Of a stretch of 64,000 bases of DNA, positions 25,574 to 36,723 are shown in pieces (position 1 is the stretch's first letter; every line of letters starts with the position of its first letter). The position numbers were made by a program, and so were the translations under genes. Under the pieces are notes generated by a model. That model searched no databases. It was not told where the DNA came from and saw only the letters and a list, made by a program, of their open reading frames with translations. Source of the DNA: Dictyostelium discoideum (lineage: Eukaryota); assembly GCA_000004695.1 (NCBI GenBank), contig CM000154.2:2464001-2528000 (forward strand), written 5' to 3'.

Positions 25574-27100
25574 TTAAATTCTATTATTATCATGTAATAA
25601 TCTTAATAATGAATCAGTTACTGAATTATCTCTTGATTCTTTAATTGAATTTGATATACCATAACCAAGTATTATAGGTTTACTATTATTATTATTATTA
25701 TTATGATTTTTATTATTGATTGAATTTGAATCATTATTCTCAACAGTTAAAACATGTAAATATAATGAACTATCAGTACCTCTATTAATTTCTTTAACTA
25801 AATGAATTTGACCAGGTCTTTTTGAATGTTGATTTAAAACGGTTTGTAATCTACCAATATGAGAGAACCCAACACAATCATGTAAAATTAATGTTGAAAA
25901 CCAAGCTGGTACATTATTTTTAGAGGTTTGATATACATCAGCTCCTAATTGTTTTTTATAATATTCCCAAATTGAACTTGGATTTTTATAAAGATGTAAA
26001 TCTTGATTTTCAATTGGTGCTTGATATGATTGATTTTTCATCATTAAATTTGATGATGATGTTGATGTTGATGTTGTTGATGGATCTGATTTATTATTTT
26101 CATTTTCTTTATATATATTTTGTTGTTGTTGTTGATTTTGATTTTGATTTTGATTTTGATTTTGATTTTGATTTTGATTTTGATTTTCTATAGTATTAAT
26201 TTTTATTTTTTTTTTTAATAAAAATTTTTTATAATTCGCAAATAAATGATCAAATTCATATTGTGATAATGAATCTAAATATTCAGTGAATAAAGGTAAA
26301 ATTTTGTCTTCAATAGCTGATTCACCTTGATCTAGATAAACTGAACCAATGAATGACATGAATGTGACGTAATATAATTGTTCATATTTTTGATTTGGTA
26401 ATTTATTTGATAACTTTTTGATGTATCCTTGAAGATTTAAATATTGAAAAGTATTGGCAATGACAACATGGGATATAAAGAATGAGTTTATAGGTATTAC
26501 ATAGTTATTGGTGACATTTGGGTATCGTTTAAATAGATATTTACAAACTACTAATGGAAATATCTTTGATGCTTCTGCGAAATATTTACCAGTGATTAAT
26601 GTTTTATTATCTTTTGAAAAGGTTACCGCTGTTGAAAATGAATTGGAAAGTAATTGATTATCGTTGAATTTCAATCCATTGAATGTATTCTCTATCTTTT
26701 TAATTAAAATATTTTTACTTATAACATTTGGTACAATTTCTTCGGAAAATTTATTCTTACAAAATTGACTATTACCAATATGTGTTGAATCTAATAAATT
26801 TTCATTTTCATCTTTAAAACTATATGATTCATTATTATTTTCATTATTATTATTATTATTATATTTATTATTATTATTTAAATTATTATTATTATTATCA
26901 TTATCATTATTATTTAAATTATTATTATCACTATCATTTATTTTAAATTTTATAAAATTTGGATTATTTTTGGAAAAATATAATTTATTTGAAATTGTAA
27001 AATTTAAATTTAATTTATTATAACTATTTAAATTTGAAATAATATTGGTTATAAATTTTTTATTGGTATTTACACATAATCTATTTGTTAAAGATATCAT
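25574..27100 (-). CDS. RNase III-like domain + C-terminal dsRBD protein (putative mitochondrial ribosomal protein L44/MRPL3-like), 508 aa
   Basis: Single ORF. The central region NKTLITGKYFAEASKIFPLVVCKYLFKRYPNVTNNYVIPINSFFISHVVIANTFQYLNLQGYIK resembles the degenerate RNase III fold of MRPL44. The C-terminus ...RPGQIHLVKEINRGTDSSLYLHVLTVEN...PIILGYGISNSIKESRDNSVTDSLLRL has dsRBD character. It contains an (NQ)9 repeat encoded by (GATTTT)n on the plus strand at 26120-26190. Confidence 0.45.
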   Translation of the reverse strand: MISLTNRLCVNTNKKFITNIISNLNSYNKLNLNFTISNKLYFSKNNPNFIKFKINDSDNNNLNNNDNDNNNNNLNNNNKYNNNNNNENNNESYSFKDENENLLDSTHIGNSQFCKNKFSEEIVPNVISKNILIKKIENTFNGLKFNDNQLLSNSFSTAVTFSKDNKTLITGKYFAEASKIFPLVVCKYLFKRYPNVTNNYVIPINSFFISHVVIANTFQYLNLQGYIKKLSNKLPNQKYEQLYYVTFMSFIGSVYLDQGESAIEDKILPLFTEYLDSLSQYEFDHLFANYKKFLLKKKIKINTIENQNQNQNQNQNQNQNQNQQQQQNIYKENENNKSDPSTTSTSTSSSNLMMKNQSYQAPIENQDLHLYKNPSSIWEYYKKQLGADVYQTSKNNVPAWFSTLILHDCVGFSHIGRLQTVLNQHSKRPGQIHLVKEINRGTDSSLYLHVLTVENNDSNSINNKNHNNNNNNSKPIILGYGISNSIKESRDNSVTDSLLRLLHDNNRI

Positions 27101-27400
27101 GTTTTTTAATTATTTAATCCGTAACAAATTTGATCCATTCAAATTGTCGTTTTTTGAAAAAAAAAAATAAAAAAAATTAAAATAAAAATAAAAAAAAATA
27201 AAAATAATTTTTTTTTTTTTTTTTTTTTTTTTTCACTTTTTTTTTTTTTTTCACCCCAACCCAAAAAAAAGAACCCCTTTTTTTTTTTTTTAATTTTTTA
27301 ATTTTTTAATTTTTTTATTTTAAATTAAAGTTTATTATAATAATAATAATAAATAAAACTTTAGAAAGAATATTTAAAGTGTTATTATTCTTTAAATAAA

Positions 27401-27634
27401 ATGTCAAATAATAGTAATAAAAGTAAAGAAGTTTCAATATTTTTATATAGAAATTTAGTAAGACAATGTTCAAAGATTGATAAGAACCCACAATACAAAC
27501 AATACTTTGTTACACCAAAATCATTAAGACCAGGTTTACCAACATTCTTTTTACCAAGTGTATCTTTTTTACAAAAATTAAAAATTAAGTTTAGAGAAAG
27601 TTGCAATGAAAATTTAAAAACAAATGATATTGTT
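27401..27634 (+). CDS. Possible 5' exon (LYR-motif-like, ..IFLYRNLVRQ..) spliced to the AlgH-like gene, or a separate small gene
   Basis: ATG at 27401 and a canonical GTATGT donor at 27635. An in-frame acceptor (aataatag|AGA) at 27750/27751 joins it to the downstream ORF. The unspliced read-through gives only poly-I junk. Confidence 0.3.
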
Positions 27635-27717
27635 GTATGTATTATAATTATAATTATAATAATAAATAGAATGATTAATTATTAATGATTCATATATATA
27701 AACTAATAATAAATAAA

Positions 27718-27749
<32 letters not shown>

Positions 27750-27843
27750 GAGAATAAATTCATCAATCAGCGACGGTTTTGCTGTTTTAAAGAATATAAA
27801 TTTATCAAAATATGCAAACTATGAATCGAATCAAGAACAAATT

Positions 27844-28824
27844 ATGTCGCAGATGAAAAATTTTTATAATAGGATAGGTGGTTTAAATAATGAGCATGAA
27901 ATTGATCCAACTATACCTCAAAAATCAAGACCACTAAATTCCCAAATAAATAATAATAATATAAATAATAATATAAATAATAATAATAATACCACAATAA
28001 ATACTAAAGAAATTAAAAATAAAGAAGAATCAAAAGTAGAACCAAAAATAACATCATCAACCTCACCAACCTCACCAACAACTCCAACAACAGAAACAGC
28101 AACTTCATCATCATCATCATCAACAACATCAGAAGATTCATTTAAAGGAAGTAAATTAACAAAAAGAGAACAAATAAAATTACAAAAACAACAATTATTA
28201 GAGAAACAAAAAGAAGTTAAAGATAGAAAATTTTGGCCAATCAAAAATAATATTGAAGAAATTGGTGAAGGGGAAGAGGAGGAAGAAGAAGGAGAACAAG
28301 AAAAAGGACAAGAAAATGGTGTAGTTAGATATAGTTCAATTAAACCTGGTACAATTTTAATCTCTCATCCATCATTAGGTGAACATTTGAATAAAAAGGT
28401 TGTATTGATCACTCATTCAATTGGTGGTCATCATTATGGTTTCTTTATTAATACTCCAATTCAAACTGGTGCAGCATTATCATACATTGATTTCGAAATG
28501 AAAACACACTACGACAGAGCAGCAGTAGAAGCCAATCGTTCTAAAAACTTTTCAAGACTCTTTATATACGCATTGAAAAGACCAATTGGTCCATTAAAAA
28601 CTTTAAATTGGAATTTAGGTGGTCTTCAATCAATTACTGATCATTCTGTTTTATCACGTGGTTTTGATGGTTTAAATTGTACTCAAATCGTTCATCCTTA
28701 TTCAAATTTATCTGGTTCTAAAAAAATTAGAGATGGTTTATATATTGGTGGCAAATTAAAAGAAGTTGGGTAAGTTATTATTATTATTATAATTATTAAA
28801 AAAAATAATCAAAACAAGAATTAA

Positions 28825-28875
<51 letters not shown>

Positions 28876-29112
28876 AAAAATAGAGATAAAATTAGAAATA
28901 AAGAAATTGATAAAAATAAATTATTAATGTTTGTAGGTTGTTCTACATGGAATCCAGGACAACTTGAAAAAGAAATTAAAGAAGGTGCTTGGTTTAGAGC
29001 AGATTGTAGTAACGAAACAATTCTTAAACAATTAAAACCAAAAAATTTTTGGGCTGAAGCATTGGAATCAATGGGTGGTGATTATAGCGATTTAGTTAAA
29101 ACTCATTTTTAA
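27844..29112 (+). CDS. AlgH/YqgE-family (DUF179, UPF0301) protein, ~350-390 aa, >=2 exons
   Basis: Main exon 27844 (or 27751)-28769 with donor GTAAGT at 28770 (phase 2). The terminal exon begins at an upstream acceptor (candidates 28884 or 28896 keep the frame) and ends at 29112. Family motifs: GTILISHPSLGEHLNKKVVLITHSIGGHHYGFFINTPIQ (AlgH: lia.P.l.d.nF.rsVvll.eH...GamGlviNrP) and FVGCSTWNPGQLEKEIKEGAWF (AlgH: flGyaGW.pGQLE.Ei..g.W). The N-terminal 150 aa are low-complexity (N/T/S/E-rich). Confidence 0.6.
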
Positions 29113-29170
29113 AATAATAAATTTAATCTTTTTTTTTTTTTTTAATAAATAATAATCCATGTTTAAAGGT

Positions 29171-29211
<41 letters not shown>

Positions 29212-29226
29212 AATAAATAAAAAAAA

Positions 29227-30060
29227 TTAATAAATAAAATCTTTATTTAAATCTATCTTTAAAATGAAAATAAATTGGTTTGGATGAATGTTTTTCAAAT
29301 TGTATTTTTGTGATTGTAATAGTTGATAAGAGGAGATTGGTGAGTTTAAAATTGTAACGACGTAAAGATATAAATACCAATTCACGTAATTCATTTTGTG
29401 TAAGTATACCATTTCTAAAATTATCATTTGAGTTTGATTTTGATTTTGAATCTGTTTTCTTTTTAAAGATATACATATGGTTTGATAAAAGATATTCTAA
29501 TGTGAAAATTTGTTGTTGGGAAACTGCAATTATTAAACAATTCTATATCACTATATTCTAAATTCTCTAATAGTTTATCACCACCACCAATCGTTATTAT
29601 ATATTTCAACATTTTTAAACTTTTATAATTAAAAACTTTAAAATTATCATTAAATTTATTAATTTTATTTTTGTTTTTTTTATATATTAATTTGATAAAT
29701 GATTTTAATGCTACTAAATTTGATGATTGAATAATTTTAATAAATAATTCATTAAGATTAAAGTTTTTTGAATAATATTCATTATTACCAAATAATTGAT
29801 TATAAAATAGTTCATCCTTTTTAATTAGTTCTAAGATCAAATTTGGGAATGTTTCTCTAATAATACCTGTAATTTTAATTTCAAAAAATAAATATTGATT
29901 ATTTTTGACTTTATCTTTTAAAATTTCAATACCATTTGTATATTTAGATAAAATTTCTGAAACATTATATAATCTATCATATGAATAAATATTTGAAAAT
30001 TCAAAATTTGAATATATAATTTTATTCAAAAATTTATTTCTATAAAATTTCCAAAGTTTA
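29227..30060 (-). pseudogene. Truncated, frameshifted paralogous fragment of the 958-aa gene at 36724-39600
   Basis: 29227-29476 is ~93% nt-identical to 36721-36975 (the 3' coding end plus 3'UTR; protein MYIFKKKTDSKSKSNSNDNFRNGILTQNELRELVFISL...KPIYFHFKDRFK). The adjacent ORF 29463-30029 resembles an internal segment (GIEILKDKVKNNQYLFF vs ISILKDKVKSNKYLSFF) but is in another frame. Confidence 0.6.
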
Positions 30061-30618
30061 TTTCTATTTTTAAAAAAAAAAAAAAAAAATAATATAAAAA
30101 AATAAAAAAAAAATTTTCATTCACAAAACAAGTAAGCCCATCTTTTTCTTAAAAAAAAAATGAAAATATATTTATTTTTTTTAGTGGAGCAACAACACTT
30201 TTTTCTCTTTTAAAAATTAGCGATCCCTTTTTTTTTTTTTTTATCGTATGGAGAAGTGGACTTGATGCTAATGAAGTAATGGGGTACCAATAAAAAAAAA
30301 TTGTTGCATTTCTCAACACAATTTTTTTTTCGTGACACCTCCTTGCATTTTTTTTTGCTCGTGCCCGTTCGATATTTTGTGATAAAAAAAAAAAAAAACA
30401 AACGAAAATTTTTTTAATTTGTATCTCGAAAAATGATCTCTTCAAAATCAAAAAAACATTACGAAAATAATTCTTTTTTTTTTTTTAAGTTTAAAATTTT
30501 GATTTTGACGCAAATTGATTGTAATTTTTTTTTTTTTCTCAACCATACTCTTTTTTTTTTATATATAAAAATAATTTTTTTTTTTTTATATTAAAATAAA
30601 TAAAACAAAAATAATAAC

Positions 30619-33181
30619 ATGAGAAATAAATATATAATATTTTTATATTTATTTGTAATAATATCACAGATTTATTGTAGTGATCCTCCAAAATGTAAAA
30701 CAACAAAAAATGTTTACAAGGATAGTCAGGTATTTGGAGATGGAGATTCTAAAGAAAAGAATGTGGAATGGTGGTTTTTAGAGCAATTGAGTCACAGTAA
30801 AGGTGCTATTTATACTGATAGCACATTAAAAGAAATGAATTCAGAGATTAATGAAATAGTTGATTTTAATATTAGAGATCCAAATACAACAAAACCAAAC
30901 CCGATTACATCAACATACAAACAGAGTTTACCAAATGAATCTGGTGCTATTTTATTTAATAGTTTATCTTATAATGATCAACCCAGTCATGGTGATAATA
31001 GTGTTTGTGTTAATTATTTTATCTTTTTTTTTTTTTTTTTTTTTTTTTTGATTATTATTTTGTTGTTAATAGTTTTCTAATATTTTTATTTTATTTTTAT
31101 TTTTTTTATTTATTTATTTATCTAAAAAAAGGCACATGCAAAAGGATTTTTCATTTGGAATGAAAATGGGGGAATTCATGTAATTCACAGTGTTCCAAAA
31201 TCTCCAGAAACAGGATATGAACCTCTTTTTAATTTCAATGAAAATACTTTAAATAATCAACATGCTCAACATTCAATTTGTATAACTTTGTCAAAAGAAG
31301 AACTTTATATTATTCCAAAGTATATTATTTATAGTAATTTAAATATTCAAACCATTAATACAGTTTCAACAGTAAATGGTAATAAAAAGGTATCATCAGC
31401 CAATTATTATTCCGAAAATCTCCAAACAAAGGTTGAAAGGATAAGCACAGGAGTCATTAAGTTGGAAAAAATTAATAGTACAATTTTAGCATCACAAATT
31501 CCCAAAACTTTTAAAGAATTGGATAGTCTAATGAGTGAATATATTTTTGTTGGAAAAAATAATGATGGTGATCCTGATATATGGGATGGAATTATTTATT
31601 TAAATAAATGGTCACAATTGGTAAGTAATTTTAATTATAAATTTGTGTTAATAAATCATCAAACTTACATTCTTAAAATAGGCAGATTTAATTCTAGACA
31701 AAGATATTACATCATCAGATACAGCTCAAAATCCTCTTGAAACAAATGTTCACTATAATAAAATTTATGAGAGTAAAAATAAAGGGGATTACTTCATTCA
31801 AACAACAAATAAATACCTCTATAAAGAGTATAATGAAAAAATTGAGGAAAATATTAAATTTTTAATAATTTGGCATTATATAGATAATTTTAAAAATGGT
31901 AATAATTTTAAAACAATGGTCCATACTCAAACAAAGGTTTCAAAAAGTAAAAATGCAATTTCTCAAGCAGTTGAATCAATTTATCTTTCTTACAGATTCG
32001 AAACACCTTGGTCAAAAGTTATTAGTGCTGATTCAGGAAGTGACCATTCAAAAATTTCTTATCAATTCAATAATATAGATAAAGTAGATAGCGGTGGCGG
32101 TGGTGGGACTATTTGCTTTGGTGATTTAAATTGGCAAAGAAAGCAAGAGGCACGTGGAGGTGGTGCTTTTTGTAGTGATAAAATGAAATATCTTTCTGAA
32201 TACTTTTACAGAAGAGTTGGTATAATTAGACACCCAGAGGAAAATCAATATCTTAAAAAAGAATTATTAAGATTAAATAGCATTGCAGGTCAAAAGTTGA
32301 ATTTAAACGGATTAATAACTAAATATCCAAAGGAACTCAAAGTCATTTTAGGTGACAGAAAGCTAGACTTTGAAACCAAGGTTAAAGGTTATGGAGATGA
32401 TGAAAAATACTATCATTTGAATCCATTTATTATCGTTTACAATAATGAAAAAGATGAAGATAAATTATTTTCAAATGAATATAATTATGGTTATGACAAT
32501 GTTTATATTCCACTATTAACCCAACTTAAGGATCAAACTTCAACAAATAAATACAAATCAGAGTTATTCGATTTCAATGTGTTTCCATCAATTAAAAGGG
32601 AAATTATTTTATGTGATGATAATGATGTCACTTGTAGATTTGAAAAATCCAAATCTTACCAATTGTATAAAGATATCTATGTTGAATCAACATTAACAGT
32701 TACTTTAAAAGATAGACGTGTAAACGATGAAACAGAAAATACAATTGTTGTACCAACATCAACAGTCACACCTTTCCCAGACAAGATATATATCGATTTA
32801 AAAACTGTGGATTCAGTTAAAAGACTCTATGAAAAATTGAATTTTAAAAAAAATGAAAACATCATTCAATTGAAAGAAGTCAATATAGAAGATTTAGAAA
32901 AATTTAAATTCCCAGATGAAGGCGATCAAAGTGATAGCGAAGAAGGTCATGATGATAAAGATTATAATGAAATTAATAAAAAAATATGTAAAGCTTATCC
33001 AAGTGATACAGATTCAAAAATCATTAATTATCATCCGGATTGTCAAGATCATCTTATCTATTGTATTCTCTTAACAGAAAATAAACATGGTGATCTACAA
33101 AATATCAATTCCATTGAAGAGTTTAGAAAAGTTTTGGGTGAATATACCGAAGGTGTAAGTATTAAATTTATTTTATTTTAA
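30619..33181 (+). CDS. Deoxyribonuclease II (DNase II) family protein with long C-terminal extension (~790 aa, 3 exons)
   Basis: Exons ~30619-31002 (GTTTGT donor), 31132-31620 (GTAAGT donor), 31682-33181. Signal peptide MRNKYIIFLYLFVIISQIYC. It has ...SLSYNDQPSHGDNS|AHAKGFFIWNENGGIHVIHSVPKSPE (human DNase II: [31 protein letters not shown], the first HxK catalytic motif). The second motif is GSDHSKISY...GGGGGTICFGDLNWQRKQEARGGGAFC (human EDHSKWCVS...RNQGEEQRGGGTLC). After the second HxK the ORF continues unbroken for ~370 more codons. Confidence 0.75.
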
Positions 33182-33717
33182 TTTAATTTTTTTAAAATTT
33201 AACTAATTCCAAAAATAAAATTTTTTAGTTTTTAAAATTGGATAAATGGTGCATTAAGAAATAAAAAAAAAAATTCTATTTTAAAATAAATATCACATTT
33301 AATTTTTTTTTAATGGTTAATCAAATAAAAAAATGAAGCTTGAAAATATGAAGATGGATGCCATAATTGAATTACTGTAGCCAGATTTTCTAATTATTCT
33401 TTTTGATTTAAACCATTGAATTTATCATTTTTTTGATTTTTAATTTCATCCTGTTTATCTTTTTCTAGTTTTTCTATTTCTTTTTTAATTTTGCTTTTAC
33501 CTTTACTATTACTATTACTATTAATAAAATATTAATTGGATAGTTAGCTATAATTTGACCCCTTGAATGTTACAAAAAGGTTAAAAATAATTTAGTTTTT
33601 TTATTAAAAAATTAAAATTAATTAGAAATATTCAGAGGAATAATTAATATTAATATTAGTAAACAATAATTAAAATGTTATACATGTAAAAACACTAAAA
33701 ATGAATTTTGTATCAAA

Positions 33718-35637
33718 TTAAATTATTGATAAAACCATGTTTTTATTTTGTTTTAATGCAAACATAAGTTGAATATGAAACTGAATAAGTGGAGTTTTTA
33801 TGGTATTATCTGTGCATGTTAGATAAGTTGAAAGATCATAATGAAGTTCTTTTTCATTTGTTGGACATTTGACATTAGTTCCAATCGTTGGTTGGAGATC
33901 TATTGAATATGGATTGGCTGAATCATAAATACATTTGGAATCATCATCAATTGATGGAGTTGGTGGTAATGTTGGTTCTGGAATTATGTTATCATCTTGT
34001 GATGGTTGAGATTTCATTGTACATCTATAGTATGGATAATCTGTGGTGCATGTAATTGAGTTCTTATAGAAAAAGATTTTAGAATGTCAATATAATCTTT
34101 TTCAGATACAGATGATACCCGTATCTGCTAAACAAGAAATCGTATTATTATCTTGACTTAATGATTCATCTTTTGAACATGAAAGTGTAGTATTCATAAT
34201 GAAGTAATTTTCAGTTTCATTATTATAACATCTTAATGGACTATTATTAGAGTGTGTTGATAATGAATTTTCAATGAGATTATATTGACATTCTAAAATA
34301 TTTGAATATTCATCATCTTCAATTGGATCGGATTAATTTTAATAGAAGTTTCTGTTTTTTCAATGGTTGTTGTTGGTTTATTATTAAATTTAACAACAAT
34401 TTCATCAGATCCATCATCATATTCTATAAAGTTATTACCAATAAAATTGGCTTCTCATATGAGAAGTAAACGGTTTCATTTGAATCTTGATTACCAACTT
34501 TAATAATAGTATTGAATTTATGGTTTTATTTTCATTCTGGTTGTAATGATCTGGTAACTCTTTTGGAATAAAGTTATTACCTGTTATTATAATTTCATTG
34601 TTACCATCTGTTGAAGAATAGTAATGTGTTTCATTTCCAGTGGAATTATTGATTGTATCAAGTTTTGGTGGATCGTAAGAATACAAATAATCAGTATGAT
34701 TTGGTGATTGAAGGCCTACTTTTACAATGATTGTATGATTAACACCAATTCCTGGTGGGATTGTACAATTTAATTCATAGGAACTGGTCCAATTAATTGA
34801 TTGACAAAGATAGCTTTCACCAATTAATATTTCTGATTGATTTAACCATTGTGCAATAGTTTCATTGTTTTCATAGTATGGACTTAAATTTTCGAATGGT
34901 AAAAAGTTGTAACCATTTATAACGATAACCTCACCACCATCAGTGTTTGTTGATAAAGAGTTTTGTGTTAATTTTTCAATCCATGGTTCATAATAAGAGT
35001 AGGTGAAAGTTTGGTTTTGGTATTCTGAAATTTTGATACTGATTGATTTATCTATACCAATCGAATCAGCTAAAATACAATTTACTATATCAAAGTTTTC
35101 ATCGATATATTGATAATTATTATATTTTAAATATTGACAAATTCCTTGATCTTTTATATCTATATCTTCAATAATTTCTAAACTTTCACAGAAATCGAAT
35201 TCGCAACTTGCATAAAACTCTTGATTGATAATAATATCCACTTGTTCTGCAATGTATGTACCTAAACCTCTACCTATTACTGTGAAATAATTTGTACCTG
35301 TTGTGTTTAATTTTGATTCATAATTTGAAAGAATGACTTGGTCTATAATTGGTGAAGGATAACTAAATGATATTTCTTCTAAACTGTATTGATCATCTGA
35401 ATGAACAACTACAAGTCCACTAATAAATCCAAATGGTGCTGAAGCAATAATCTCTTGGTTTGAAATGAATTCAATATCATTTATTAATATGTCTCCAATT
35501 TTTACTGATTGACCTTTTCTAAAATTATTACCATTAATTGTAACTTTTGTATTGTAATCTCCATTTGTTGGTAATATACTATTAATAATTGGTCTTTCAA
35601 ATGAAAATTCTAAATTAATATCATCGTTTATAAACAT
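33718..35637 (-). pseudogene. IPT/TIG-repeat (Tgr/tiger-like) cell-surface protein pseudogene, disrupted by frameshifts/stops
   Basis: The 400-aa ORF 34435-35637 carries repeated TIG-like units (..TKVTINGNNFRKGQSVKIGDI.., ..EVIVINGYNFLP.., ..NEIIITGNNFIP..) and ends in out-of-frame junk. More in-frame fragments lie at 33718-34420 in different frames (e.g. ORF 33718-34017), separated by stops. There is no clean splice-site rescue. Confidence 0.5.
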
Positions 35638-35740
35638 CGGTAAACTATCACTATAAAATAATTGAATGAAACTGTAAAAAAATATTTTTAAATATTAATA
35701 AATATTAATAAATTTTTTTTTTTAATTTTTTTTTTTTCAC

Positions 35741-36400
35741 TTACTTTAAAGAACCTAAACCAGAAGCAATAAATGAAAATGAATCAACTCCATTTATGCT
35801 TGTTAATCCAAATATAGTATCAGTTAATTCAAGATCATCAATAAAAACTTTGATTGTTAAAATATTATTTAAAATAATTGATTTATTTTTTGGTAAATCG
35901 TTGTCATTTCCTTTTGAATATAGTTTATCGCAAATGGATAATACTCTATCCAATGTTTTTAAATCTGCTCTAATTGTTGAAAGTTCAATGGCTCGAGGGT
36001 ATTGGGCAAGTTTTCCTAATGCAATTTCGTCATCTTGAAATAATTTATCATTTTCAATATTATCAAAAAAATAATTTAAAGATGTAAACTATATCTACTA
36101 TAATAATAATTTCGGTTGGATCTTCACCTTCTTTTTCATTTCCAAATTCTTTTTTTTTTGCCATTTTTTTCTTTTTTTTTTTTTTTTCTCCTTTTCTGTA
36201 TCATCCACATCACTCTCTTTTGGAATTTCTTGGTCTATTATTTTCATTATCCTCTTCATCTTTTTTAGTTTTTAATTTTTTTGATATTCTTTTTTTTTTA
36301 GTAATTAGTGAATTGATTGAATTTAAATCAATTGTTTCACCTTTTCCCCTTTTTTTTTTTGGAAAGTTCATCATTATAATCCATTTGTTTTTAAAAAATA
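35741..36400 (-). pseudogene. Internally deleted copy (5' ~220 bp + 3' ~330 bp) of the adjacent 958-aa gene
   Basis: 36181-36400 matches 39580-39790 (the 5' end/promoter-proximal block ctccttttctgtatcatccacatca.tctcttttggaatttcttggtctatt...). 35880-36120 matches 37081-37260 (..tttaaatctgctctaattgttgaaagttcaatg..). The central ~2.6 kb is missing. Confidence 0.6.
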
Positions 36401-36723
36401 ATTATTGGTGTGTTTGTGATTTTGGTGTTTTAAAAAAAAAAAAAAAAAAAAAAAGAAGTAAAAAAAAAAATAAAAAATAAAAATAAAAAAAACTGGGTCC
36501 AAGATAAAAAAAATTTGAATTTCTGATAAAAAAAATTATTTTCTTGGTTTTTTCTCTGTTTTTCAAATTTCCTCTTAAAAATATTTTATTTTTAATTTCT
36601 AAAAAATAAATAATAATAATAATAATAAAAATTCATATTTAAAGGTTTAAAAAAAAAAATAAAATAAAATAAAATAAAAAATAAAAAAAATCAAATAAAC
36701 AAATTAATAATTAACTAAAATCT

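Noticed and set aside
26120-26190. (GATTTT)n hexanucleotide tandem repeat, superficially array-like
   Set aside because: It is the plus-strand image of an in-frame (CAA AAT)n = (QN)n coding repeat in the 25574-27100 gene. This is a eukaryotic genome, so CRISPR is not applicable.
30149-30451. GC-containing segment with ORFs 30149-30451 / 30210-30401 upstream of DNase II
   Set aside because: The ORFs are nonsense (K/F-rich). This is more likely promoter/5'UTR sequence, or the diverged 5' remnant of pseudo-copy 1. No recognisable element.
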